Below, in pieces: positions 16,201 to 23,854 of a stretch of DNA of 30,528 nucleotides. The notes below the pieces were generated by a model. That model ran no database searches and was not told where the DNA came from. It saw only the letters and a list, made by a program, of their open reading frames with translations. Within the stretch, counting starts at the first letter, position 1. Each line of letters opens with the position of its first letter. Made by a program: the position numbers and the translations under genes. This DNA is from Candidatus Obscuribacterales bacterium (GTDB lineage: Bacteria > Cyanobacteriota > Vampirovibrionia > Obscuribacterales > Obscuribacteraceae): NCBI GenBank assembly GCA_021732245.1, contig JAKFVJ010000361.1:1-30528 (forward strand), given 5' to 3'.

Positions 16201-16480
16201 ATCATTTACCTGGAAAAACGATGCCGGTGGGGTATGTTTTGACAACATAGAAGGTCAACGGCATAAGATTGCCGCCAGAACAGATGCAGTTGCCAGCATT
16301 TACCAGCAGGCGGCGAACTATCTTGTTCAAAATGCTGGATTCAACATGGTAACGATGGGAACTAAGAATAGCGATTTGGATCTTACACGCTGGACCAGTG
16401 CCGGAAAAATGAAGTGTAAGCGTCCAAATGACTACACAGGAATTACTGACGCTGATGAACAAGTTCTTTTGTCGAATTAA
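13205..16480 (+). CDS. Large mosaic protein: family-B hydrophobic N-terminus, HExxH zincin-like motif, 11-residue helical repeats, C-terminal CCQH domain
   Basis: 1091 aa ORF. GHELEHL at 14180-14200 followed by EELRA. Repeat region ~14843-15470. C-terminal RFLPRDDVRGMFLGQYTYCCQHP...GEILGQSFTW...CFDNIEG. Confidence 0.85.
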   Translation: MTSSPERHSFAETGSEGRRHLEGSDAPRPWDAEWFAGNVINPFLNASVVDVCNVAIESGKLLSGTADKKSDAIDYAAALPVTKSNLGSTEWWLQNISAGLGCAVTYGLAGGFTGGILRNVAGAFRLERTSLVVSRFAANNRVAQVLGVGVYDSLRPLAEGDTRAGNGISGAGSFAVLELGNSLVAKSRFGIGTGLVRALGRASVGVCAADTHHFLANSISHKSDTEEPEVKYENRVTGAAMNVVLPMVHNGLTRAADLGNAFMGRGTTLDGYVQKNGLLNRSSTFDNLVRNNPLVRVKVTDDTIAKALHTENTILVPKLVSLDVLGHELEHLSKYKDKAIRNSTDAGMNGVRKLLRENRFAEAEEAYIAIRMAEELRARTTEATIQKELGAKKNSQDMHPGLIAEDPFYRRIFATEFDQMNSDRRVNEHDYISDRLKELVAKNDVKGTIDYLFPSMPAFSKEILHDSVMAWTQREGRRGQKRGDNASLLLGLKGDVFTKLVSKALVDKCWQLHPHRDAGEWMKSLREFANESVDLSQFEPAFEKYNAVQERALNDYEQIDAPARERYRNLTETASSEYHAIYEPASKQYHAIRESAEMQQKVTCRQARAEYEEIKNQAWEQYRQVFDPAFKQYMQTKQQAREKLDPTNKDSREAYKAIKSQAWQQLQLVSEPALIQYETLRKQAIKKLEPIHDRAWKTSLKETEQAWKQYEQISDAPNKKYCAIEDEASKEYHAIIDPAYEQYRAVRDLASAEFFSSIRPLSLETDLDFAKVYEDLRQEYSFDNMEAEDRNASPYDPRWTNYVRLVNTFGNQSEIWLSKQAEKQISLHDATYWLPLKPAFELKGLGNFLMANRDRNRVHLGLIAKCWPKLSLEERKLSFDKLLEESINKTYVNAKAPHFAREAAKWGTDERDYPELERLYLRSQSVPSPFPLGQVWTESGLVGRFLPRDDVRGMFLGQYTYCCQHPDGEGSGCADYGQESPNAGFFVVENENTGEILGQSFTWKNDAGGVCFDNIEGQRHKIAARTDAVASIYQQAANYLVQNAGFNMVTMGTKNSDLDLTRWTSAGKMKCKRPNDYTGITDADEQVLLSN
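14843..15470 (+). repeat. Intragenic 11-aa (33-nt) amphipathic helical repeats
   Basis: Units such as ASSEYHAIYEP, ASKQYHAIRES, AWEQYRQVFDP, ASKEYHAIIDP, AYEQYRAVRDL. Confidence 0.75.
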
Positions 16481-16482
16481 TC

Positions 16483-16507
16483 GGCGAGATGGAAGTCGCC
16501 CACTTTT
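16483..16507 (+). terminator. Weak hairpin after the large gene
   Basis: GGCGA-N8-TCGCC followed by CACTTTT, between convergent genes. Confidence 0.25.
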
Positions 16508-16530
16508 AATAGAATACTCTTGTATCAGTC

Positions 16531-16866
16531 TTATTCGTGAGCACCGAACCATAGTTTCCGCCAATATTGCATTTGGTCCATTTCTAGTTCTCGTGTGCTC
16601 ACAATTTTTATCGCTAGTTCCTTGAGATCTTCGTGCTTAGCTTGTGCAAGCGCTCTTTTGGCTTCGTCAATAGCTTGTTGATTATGCGGGATCATCATAT
16701 CGATAAAAGATCGATCAAAGTCCGCACTTGGTTCGTGGGCTTGCATCATCTGTTGTTTATGTTCTTGCCAGAGTAAAAACCCAAGAACTATGCATATTGC
16801 ACTCAGAATTGCACTAGCTATTTTCCATGTGCTTGGGCTATTGTGCAGGTGCTCGTCGGCTTTCAT
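16531..16866 (-). CDS. DUF305 (CopM-like) protein with N-terminal membrane anchor
   Basis: DRSFIDMMIPHNQQAIDEAKRAL...LKELAIKIVSTRELEMDQMQYW matches the DUF305 helical pattern. Confidence 0.75.
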   Translation of the reverse strand: MKADEHLHNSPSTWKIASAILSAICIVLGFLLWQEHKQQMMQAHEPSADFDRSFIDMMIPHNQQAIDEAKRALAQAKHEDLKELAIKIVSTRELEMDQMQYWRKLWFGAHE

Positions 16867-17007
16867 TCACAAATTTCCTTCGTGCAGAGAATTTAACTTC
16901 TTGCTGTTCCGTAATAAGTAATGGTCTTTCAAAGTTGTTCCCGATCAAATAAGAAGCTTAGACTTTGTACCGGAGTGTGTCCAAATGGTGTGCCCACCAT
17001 CTTCTTG

Positions 17008-17919
17008 TTAATCCTTATTCAAAACGATGTATGGTGGTTTCTTCCACCAATGCGGTTCGGCAGTCAATTGCTGAATCAGATTTGGATCCTTCATTGCACG
17101 AAGTAAATGATCCGACCATAAAACTGCATATGTCTCCCCGACCTTATAGTTAATGGGACCTTCCCACACTAAACCATTAGGATAAATTACCAAAAGTGAA
17201 ACCGTCTGGACTTGTCCTCTCTCAATAGGTGTATTACTCTCCAGATTCGCATACTTCTCCTTCCAAAATGCTTGTCGCAATAAGAAGCCGCCGGCAGATA
17301 TATCGGAGGCACAGTCAGAGATTTCCAGATAAGATGGCAATACGCGGGGGTCGTATTTATTGTCATCACCCCAACAACTCAAGAGCTTATCCGAATCAAT
17401 AAATTGGGCATTGCAATGTTTCAAGAATTCAGTTGGATCGAACACTATGCCGCCAAGACTCCCCTTTAGAGGGAGCGAAAAATGTGAATAGATTTGATCG
17501 CCTATTTGAATTTCCAACATCGCCCTAACGATGGTTCCACGATCGGATTTTGTAGATACCCGAGAAGTAAAATGGTCGGTGTCTAAGTAAAACTGATGTT
17601 GGCGGTCTGTATCAGTTTCGGCAATTGGAATCGTGCGGTCCGAGCCAAGCCGCGCGCGCGCGATTTTCTCCATTCGAGATGAAAAGTCGGGCGTTGCGAC
17701 AATACAACTTATACTTTTCTGTCCTGCTTGCTGTGCTTTACAAACACGATTGGTACCGTTAATTACGTAGAATAGATCGCCTTCTTGTAACGGCTTGACA
17801 AGAATCGGATTGATCTTTTCAGGCAGTGCTTCAATCCGGGACTTAACCGCTGAAGACTCGTGTGTAATAAGTCTATTGAGCTGTATTTGTGTCAATTTAC
17901 TAGGGTTGTTCTGCGGCAT
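17008..17919 (-). CDS. ParB/Sulfiredoxin-like N-terminal domain plus unknown C-terminal domain
   Basis: NPILVKP...FYVINGTNRVCKAQQAGQKSISCIV resembles the ParB/Srx PI.V...Y.IIDGHHR..A...G...I.C.V pattern. Confidence 0.6.
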   Translation of the reverse strand: MPQNNPSKLTQIQLNRLITHESSAVKSRIEALPEKINPILVKPLQEGDLFYVINGTNRVCKAQQAGQKSISCIVATPDFSSRMEKIARARLGSDRTIPIAETDTDRQHQFYLDTDHFTSRVSTKSDRGTIVRAMLEIQIGDQIYSHFSLPLKGSLGGIVFDPTEFLKHCNAQFIDSDKLLSCWGDDNKYDPRVLPSYLEISDCASDISAGGFLLRQAFWKEKYANLESNTPIERGQVQTVSLLVIYPNGLVWEGPINYKVGETYAVLWSDHLLRAMKDPNLIQQLTAEPHWWKKPPYIVLNKD

Positions 17920-18026
17920 GGATAAAGACTTCTTATCGATGAGAGTTATTCACAGAGCGTACACCATACCAACGTATGCTGCATTAATTTGAGTAGTCTT
18001 TGTTCATACTTATTCGAAAAAAAAGA

Positions 18027-19013
18027 TTAGCGGCGCATGTGTTCTAGAGATGCTGCTGTTTTGAGTACGCGCTGGTATTGATCACTTGGTAATGAGGCAA
18101 CCAAGTTGAATTTGCGCATGGCTCGCACGTAATGGCACTGGCTGACAAGCAGTCCGCAATGAGGTCCTATGCGTTGATTGATAATTATCTTCTTTGCGAC
18201 AAGGTTGCTGGTTGGCGTGTTATCCAATTTGTAAGCCTCAGCAATTTGACCGGGTTTAAGATTAAGCAGATGGCTCTGTGTCGGTCCTATCGGAACGTAA
18301 AGTGAGACTGCGTTGGCTGATGAACCAACCAGATTCAGAATGGTTGGTCTGCCATCAAAAGCTGATATCAAAGTTAATGCATTGCCACCAATTTGAGCAA
18401 CTACGTTTTCATCACACAGTTTTGTTGAAACCATTATTGGCTGAATGGCTCCACGTACAATGACGGCACCCTCAATTAATCGTAAATGCCGATCATCGAC
18501 TCGCTCAAATGACGCATTGACAGTAGGCATGAAAGCAGCATCGTTGCTGGAAGTTTCAACGTGTTCAATATGTCCTTGTTTGGTATTGTCCTCGACAAAC
18601 GACACCAGTCGATAGGGCGATTTTGTCGGCACGGCACCTGACACTTTAATATCAAATGGCAACCACTGACCGGTAAATTGGAACCGCGCATCTTTAGCCA
18701 TTAAGACTGCTTTGTCAATCGGTGCTTGTTGGTTAATGCTATTTACATGGAAGCCGGAAACATCTGTTGGCAGGATAGTAGTAGGTGATGCAGCAGCCGG
18801 TAACTGGAAAGTTGCTGGCGACTGCATCACTGGGGATGTGACTAGAGGCGTTACTGTCGGTGGCGGCTGATATACCGGAGGAGTTATTGCCGGTGTTTCA
18901 TGGTGCTCTGGAGTAGTTACAACGGGTGGCTCAGGATGCTCGACGCTATGATCGGCAAAGGCGACAGTGGAGACCGCTAGTGTTAGGAACAAAGCTGTTG
19001 TTATTTTTTTCAT
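18027..19013 (-). CDS. Secreted protein with Pro/Thr-rich linker and FecR-like beta domain
   Basis: Signal peptide ending VAFA and PPVVTTP/PPVYQPPP linker. LRLIEGAVIV...IMVSTK...AQIGGNA pattern resembles FecR-type beta-sandwich. Confidence 0.6.
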   Translation of the reverse strand: MKKITTALFLTLAVSTVAFADHSVEHPEPPVVTTPEHHETPAITPPVYQPPPTVTPLVTSPVMQSPATFQLPAAASPTTILPTDVSGFHVNSINQQAPIDKAVLMAKDARFQFTGQWLPFDIKVSGAVPTKSPYRLVSFVEDNTKQGHIEHVETSSNDAAFMPTVNASFERVDDRHLRLIEGAVIVRGAIQPIMVSTKLCDENVVAQIGGNALTLISAFDGRPTILNLVGSSANAVSLYVPIGPTQSHLLNLKPGQIAEAYKLDNTPTSNLVAKKIIINQRIGPHCGLLVSQCHYVRAMRKFNLVASLPSDQYQRVLKTAASLEHMRR

Positions 19014-19193
19014 AAATAGCCCAGATACACATTAGCCAGTCTAGAGTGCTTTGCAAAGAACAGCAAGCTAACCGGTGGGTGGGGATGGTAGAGACAAAAT
19101 TGGTTCGACAGACGGACAGTAAAAGTGTGCGATTGCTTTAGCGATCAGAAATGCAGTTTGCCCTCTCTGATCGGTATGAGAAACAGATGAAAA

Positions 19194-19559
19194 TCAATGA
19201 CAACAGTCTCTGTTGGAACTTGAAGAGGGAAGTTCAGTTGTTTCGTCCTCGTATTGATAGAGAGTGGGTGCGTGGCGAAACACTTGGACAAGTTCCTCGA
19301 TAACGCTATTAGAGTCTTGCTTCTGAATTGCCTCCACAACGCAAGTCTGAAGGTGTTGTCTAAGGATAATTTCCCCAACTTTGTCCAAGGCTGCTTGCAC
19401 AGCCTTTAACTGTTGGAGTACGTCAATGCAATACTTTTTGTCATCGACCATTTGATAGACATGTTTGAGATGACCGCTTGCCTTACCCAGACGCGCCTTA
19501 ATTTTTTCCTTTTCTATATCCGTAATTGGCATATGTTTCTTTAACTCTCCTTGATACAT
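19194..19559 (-). CDS. csoR: CsoR/RcnR family metal-sensing transcriptional repressor
   Basis: RLGKASGHLKHVYQMVDDKKYCIDVLQQLKAVQAAL...LRQHLQTCV carries the Cys-His-Cys ligand set of CsoR. Start could be ATG 19532. Confidence 0.85.
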   Translation of the reverse strand: MYQGELKKHMPITDIEKEKIKARLGKASGHLKHVYQMVDDKKYCIDVLQQLKAVQAALDKVGEIILRQHLQTCVVEAIQKQDSNSVIEELVQVFRHAPTLYQYEDETTELPSSSSNRDCCH

Positions 19560-19603
19560 CGAATTGTTTGTATGATGAAAATGCCTTGGCGCAATTAAGT
19601 ATC

Positions 19604-19632
19604 AACAGGCGGTGTGAACTTTTGCGCCTGTT
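19604..19632. terminator. Hairpin between the MgtC gene and csoR
   Basis: AACAGGCG-N13-CGCCTGTT perfect 8-bp stem. The U-tract is better on the plus strand than on the transcribed strand. Confidence 0.35.
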
Positions 19633-19647
19633 TTGATAGACCAACAT

Positions 19648-20124
19648 TTACTCCTCTTTATCTCTATGTTCTTGATGTGCGGACGAAGTAGCAACATGAC
19701 TATTGCTAGAAAGCATTTTCCAACCGGGCAAGTGGTGCGAGGCAAGGAGAAAGAATATTATTGTTGCGGTCAAAGTGCCAAGCAAATACATTCCGAAGGC
19801 AATTGCCAGTCCCGTTGCCGCAGTTGCCCAAACTGTGGCGGCAGTGGTCAGTCCAGTAGTTTTGCCGTGTTCGCGCATGATTACACCGGCACCTAAGAAA
19901 CCCACTCCAGTAACCACTTGAGCAGCAATTCTGGTGTCGATGCCACCAGCGCCAAGGGCATGCATGGATACCAATCCAAACACGCATGCTCCTAATGAGA
20001 CCGCTCCGTAAGTGCGAATACCGGCATCCTGACCGTGACGTTCGCGTTCTGCTCCCACTAGTCCGCCAAGAAATGCCGCCAGTAATGCACGCATTGCCAT
20101 CACCAATTCAAGCTGCCAATCCAT
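19648..20124 (-). CDS. MgtC/SapB family membrane protein (N-terminal domain only)
   Basis: GGLVGAERE...AGIRTY, RIAAQVVTGVGFLGAGVI, GLTTAATVWATAATGLAIAFG. ATG overlaps the upstream TAA. Confidence 0.92.
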   Translation of the reverse strand: MDWQLELVMAMRALLAAFLGGLVGAERERHGQDAGIRTYGAVSLGACVFGLVSMHALGAGGIDTRIAAQVVTGVGFLGAGVIMREHGKTTGLTTAATVWATAATGLAIAFGMYLLGTLTATIIFFLLASHHLPGWKMLSSNSHVATSSAHQEHRDKEE

Positions 20125-21035
20125 TAGTCGGACCCTCCATTCGGTAGTGAACTACAGGAACCTTGGGCTACTTCCAAGGATTCTTCTGCTGATATCCGAA
20201 TTGTTTCGCATATGGAATCGAGTGGCAGATCATTTGGAAGGTCATCAAAGGGTCTTTCAACTTCTTCAGCAAGAAGCTCAAGTCCAAAGACAAAATAGGA
20301 GGTGACGAGCATGATTACAACTGACCACCAATGGAAACTCGGCACGATGAACCAGGGCACACAGACAGCATTAAGAAGCAATCCGGACCACAAAAGTAGT
20401 TTGTAGGATCCGGCAATAGGAGACTTTAAAATGCGCTCTGTGCCTCCACAGATATCCATCAGAACCTTTGCATGTTGATCAAGTTGAAGTTGTTCCCACT
20501 GATCCACAATACCTGTACTACGCCAGCGTTTAAGCTTTTTGTAGATGTGCAAAGCAATTGCCGAAGGTGGATGATTGCTTGATTCAGGTATTGAAAGCTT
20601 GGACAGTATCTCTTTGTCGCGTTTTTCCCTTAGCAGATCTTTTAGGGCAACGGCAAAACCAGCAATCAATTGAGCAACTTCGGTGCGCTCAGCATCTGAC
20701 AGTTCATCGGCATAGCTGCGTGTCTTAATTGCTAAATTCCGGCTTTCGTTAACAAGTTGTCCCCAAAGTTTGCGCGCTTCCCACCAGCGTTCGTAAGCAC
20801 TGTTGTTGCGGAAGATTAGTAATAGTCCAATTACAGCACTGATAGAGATGGCCGCATTTGCCTCCATAATCTTGCTTGCAGGAAAACCATGCAAGTCAAT
20901 CCAGCAAATGATGGTTGTATATACACCGACTGCAAAGAGGAGTTTCCAGAGGAGAAATCGCCCAGGATGACAATGATCGAAAAACTGTCTAGAACGTGTT
21001 AGATAGTGGGTTTTTATTTGTTGACTAGCATTCAT
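20124..21035 (-). CDS. Bestrophin family (YneE/UPF0187) ion channel
   Basis: FRNNSAYERWWEARKLWGQLVNESRN, ERILKSPI, EEVERPFDDLPNDLPLDSIC. Confidence 0.9.
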   Translation of the reverse strand: MNASQQIKTHYLTRSRQFFDHCHPGRFLLWKLLFAVGVYTTIICWIDLHGFPASKIMEANAAISISAVIGLLLIFRNNSAYERWWEARKLWGQLVNESRNLAIKTRSYADELSDAERTEVAQLIAGFAVALKDLLREKRDKEILSKLSIPESSNHPPSAIALHIYKKLKRWRSTGIVDQWEQLQLDQHAKVLMDICGGTERILKSPIAGSYKLLLWSGLLLNAVCVPWFIVPSFHWWSVVIMLVTSYFVFGLELLAEEVERPFDDLPNDLPLDSICETIRISAEESLEVAQGSCSSLPNGGSD

Positions 21036-21041
21036 CTTCAG

Positions 21042-21440
21042 TTACCTATAATTGTTCAAGAACTTATCCACCATGATTCGAATTTCGGATGCTGGATCAT
21101 CTGAATCTTCAAGTTCCATATAAAGTCCGATCTTGTAGAGAACAATTACTTGCAAAACTGTTGAGTGCAGCATTTTGGCATTTTCAGATGGACGGTGGCG
21201 GAAGAGTAAGATCGGGGTGTTTCCGTACAAGGAGTTTTTGCGAATATCAGCAACAAGTCTCAGAGCACTTGAATCGTCAAAATGAATATCAATAAGGAAC
21301 AAGTCAACCAACTTTTCCTGCATAAGTTGAGTGACTTCTGCGGTATTGCGGGCAACAAGCAGATCATAGGATAGGAGGGCTGACCTTACCGTCGGCAAAG
21401 AGGGCTCGTCAACTGCAATCAGTAAATGGGGGTTTTTCAT
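21042..21440 (-). CDS. Stand-alone atypical response-regulator receiver domain
   Basis: LLIAVDE and DLFLIDIHFD (phosphoacceptor-position Asp). Lacks the canonical Thr/Ser and Lys-Pro. ATGA overlap with the ATPase stop. Confidence 0.6.
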   Translation of the reverse strand: MKNPHLLIAVDEPSLPTVRSALLSYDLLVARNTAEVTQLMQEKLVDLFLIDIHFDDSSALRLVADIRKNSLYGNTPILLFRHRPSENAKMLHSTVLQVIVLYKIGLYMELEDSDDPASEIRIMVDKFLNNYR

Positions 21441-23806
21441 TTGAGGGACGCCGCCTTTTCGGACGGAAGTAGTGTTCTATGAGCAAGTAGGCGCAGTGAA
21501 TTGGCAACGACAAGTATGGTGCTTCCTTCGTGGAATAGAATTGCCCAACCAATATTTGTTAGTCCTAGAACTGCTGTACTGGCAAGTCCAAGAATGGTAA
21601 TGATAGAAACGGCCAAATTTTGTTGAATAACGGTGCGCGTGGCCCGCCCAAGGCTTATCACAAAGGGCAATCTAGCAAGATCATCTCCCATTAATGCAAC
21701 ATCAGCAGTTTCCAAGGCTACGTCTGTAGCAGCCCCTCCCATGGCTATACCGACGCTCGCGGCGGCTAATGCTGGCGCATCGTTTACACCGTCGCCAACC
21801 ATTGCTACAACTTTGTTGGCGGCTAACTCCTTCATCTGTTCGACTTTGTCTTCAGGCATCAGACCTGCTTTGACCTGGTCTATTCCCAAGTCAGTAGCCA
21901 ACTTGCTTGCAACACGAATATTGTCTCCAGATAATAGGAACAAATGCTGAAGTCCGAGTTTACGAAGCTTTGCTAGTGAGGCTTTTGCCTCGTTACGTGG
22001 AGTATCTGCAAGAGCGATGATTGCAGCCATCTTTCCATCAATAGCAATGGAAATACTTGTCTTGCCTTCAGATTCGACAGCCTCTAGTTGTTCGGTATGT
22101 TCCGGTACCAGCTCAATGCCGTTCGATTGCATAAGCCGTAAATTGCCGATAACGATTCGGTGATTATCGATTTTTGCTACAAGTCCTCGTCCGTCAATTG
22201 ACCGAAGCTCGGTTGGTTCAGGAAGCGATAGATTGCGAGATTTGGCTTCAGCAACAATTGCAGAGGCTAGTGGATGACCAGAGCGTGCTTCGCAGGCAGC
22301 GGTCAGTGCTAACACATCGTTTTCGGACATGCTTCCGTTGACTATGATGTCGGTAACCTTTGGCTTGCCGTGTGTTAGTGTGCCTGTCTTGTCGAAAGCA
22401 ATTGCATTTAACTGTCCCAAAGTCTCCAAATGTACGCCACCTTTTACGAGGACGCCATTTCTTGCTGCTTGAGCGATTCCTGCAAGAGCAGCCGATGGTG
22501 CGCCAAGCGCCAGTGCACAAGGAGAAACGCCTACTAAAAGCGTCATTGCTCGCAAGAATGCAGTTTTGAAAGGCACACCTAGTAGTGGTGGCACTACGAT
22601 AAGCAATAAGTCCAAGACAAGCACGGCTGGGACGAACCATGAAGTGAATTTTTCAGTAACCTGTTGCGTCTTAGTCTTTTGAGTTTGGGACTCCTCCACA
22701 AGTTGCATAACCCTAGATAGAGTATTGTCTTTGGCAAGCTTAGTGACTTTGATAAGTAGTTGTCCGTTGCCATTTATTGAGCCGGCAAAGACCTTGTCAC
22801 CTTTATCTTTTTCAACGGGCACACTCTCTCCTGTGATCGGAGATTGGTCGACGGATGACTGTCCGTGAGATACTGTGCCATCCACCGGTATTCGTACACC
22901 TGGTTTTACGATAACAATTTCATCAATTTGGATCTCATCAACCGAAACTTCGATTTGTTGAGTGTTGCGAACTACGAAAGCAGTGTTGGGTGTAAGTTGT
23001 CCAAGTTTAGAAACTGCGTCGCGAGCTTTATCGAGAGCAAGTTCTTCAAGAGCGTGTCCAAAGCTAAACAGGAAAAGCAAAAGTGCTCCTTCGGAAAACT
23101 GTCCAAGAATGGCTGCTCCGACTGCCGCAAATACCATCAGTAAGTCCGTATCGAATTGTCTTTCCTTAATAGAATGCCAGGCATGGCGGGCGATATCATA
23201 TCCACCGAAAATATATGCGGCCGCAAAAAATGGATAAGCAACTTCCATGGGTAGTGACAGCTTCGGTGTCAACCAAGCAATTGCCATAGTTAGACCACAA
23301 ATCAATGAGAAGATAAGTTCCCGGCGTTCGGCGAAAACGGCTCTAAGCCCTGTTTCCGGCACTTCATAGCCAAGTCCCTTAATACGTTCTTTGATTTCAG
23401 CAGTGTTTGTTTTGAAACTGTCGAACTCGACTTTCAGAGTGTTTGAAACGTAGCTCACGGAAACACTTAGGACACCATCTATGCGCTTGATTCCGTGCTC
23501 TACAACCATTGTGCAATCGGAGCAATCCATACCAATGATCGGCAGGAGTTGATGCTGGTATCGATTGGATATGGCAGCACCAGCGTGCGATGCCAGTCGT
23601 TGTACATTTGTCAGTTGAAGCAAAGTTGGGTCATAGTGCAAGCAGAGAGTATGTTGTTTCTCCTGTGCTTTGATGTGAGCTTGGGTGATACCACGAGTTG
23701 CTTGTAACTGGCGCTCCAACGACTGGATACAGTGATCACGCTCATTGTCCACATGTGGTAACAGTAGTTGAAGATCAATTTCTAGTTTTTGTTCGTCTCG
23801 TGTCAT
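21437..23806 (-). CDS. Heavy-metal P1B-type ATPase, P1B-4 signature (SPC, HEGST), with N-terminal HMA domain
   Basis: TGES, SPC, DKTGT, SGHPLA, GDGVNDAP and HEGST motifs, plus GMDCSDC near the N-terminus. Confidence 0.95.
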   Translation of the reverse strand: MTRDEQKLEIDLQLLLPHVDNERDHCIQSLERQLQATRGITQAHIKAQEKQHTLCLHYDPTLLQLTNVQRLASHAGAAISNRYQHQLLPIIGMDCSDCTMVVEHGIKRIDGVLSVSVSYVSNTLKVEFDSFKTNTAEIKERIKGLGYEVPETGLRAVFAERRELIFSLICGLTMAIAWLTPKLSLPMEVAYPFFAAAYIFGGYDIARHAWHSIKERQFDTDLLMVFAAVGAAILGQFSEGALLLFLFSFGHALEELALDKARDAVSKLGQLTPNTAFVVRNTQQIEVSVDEIQIDEIVIVKPGVRIPVDGTVSHGQSSVDQSPITGESVPVEKDKGDKVFAGSINGNGQLLIKVTKLAKDNTLSRVMQLVEESQTQKTKTQQVTEKFTSWFVPAVLVLDLLLIVVPPLLGVPFKTAFLRAMTLLVGVSPCALALGAPSAALAGIAQAARNGVLVKGGVHLETLGQLNAIAFDKTGTLTHGKPKVTDIIVNGSMSENDVLALTAACEARSGHPLASAIVAEAKSRNLSLPEPTELRSIDGRGLVAKIDNHRIVIGNLRLMQSNGIELVPEHTEQLEAVESEGKTSISIAIDGKMAAIIALADTPRNEAKASLAKLRKLGLQHLFLLSGDNIRVASKLATDLGIDQVKAGLMPEDKVEQMKELAANKVVAMVGDGVNDAPALAAASVGIAMGGAATDVALETADVALMGDDLARLPFVISLGRATRTVIQQNLAVSIITILGLASTAVLGLTNIGWAILFHEGSTILVVANSLRLLAHRTLLPSEKAASLK

Positions 23807-23854
23807 TTTCTTTGTTCTGTTTGGGTTGTTGAGGGCTATGAGTTTGTGATTAAT

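Noticed and set aside
17946-17954. DnaA-box-like TTATTCACA upstream of the ParB-like gene
   Set aside because: A single degenerate 9-mer is expected about once or twice by chance in 30 kb on both strands. There is no box cluster, AT-rich unwinding element or replication gene.
1-19013. Integrated mobile element or prophage as the origin of the accessory half
   Set aside because: No integrase, transposase, phage structural gene, tRNA attachment site or terminal repeat was recognised in the window.
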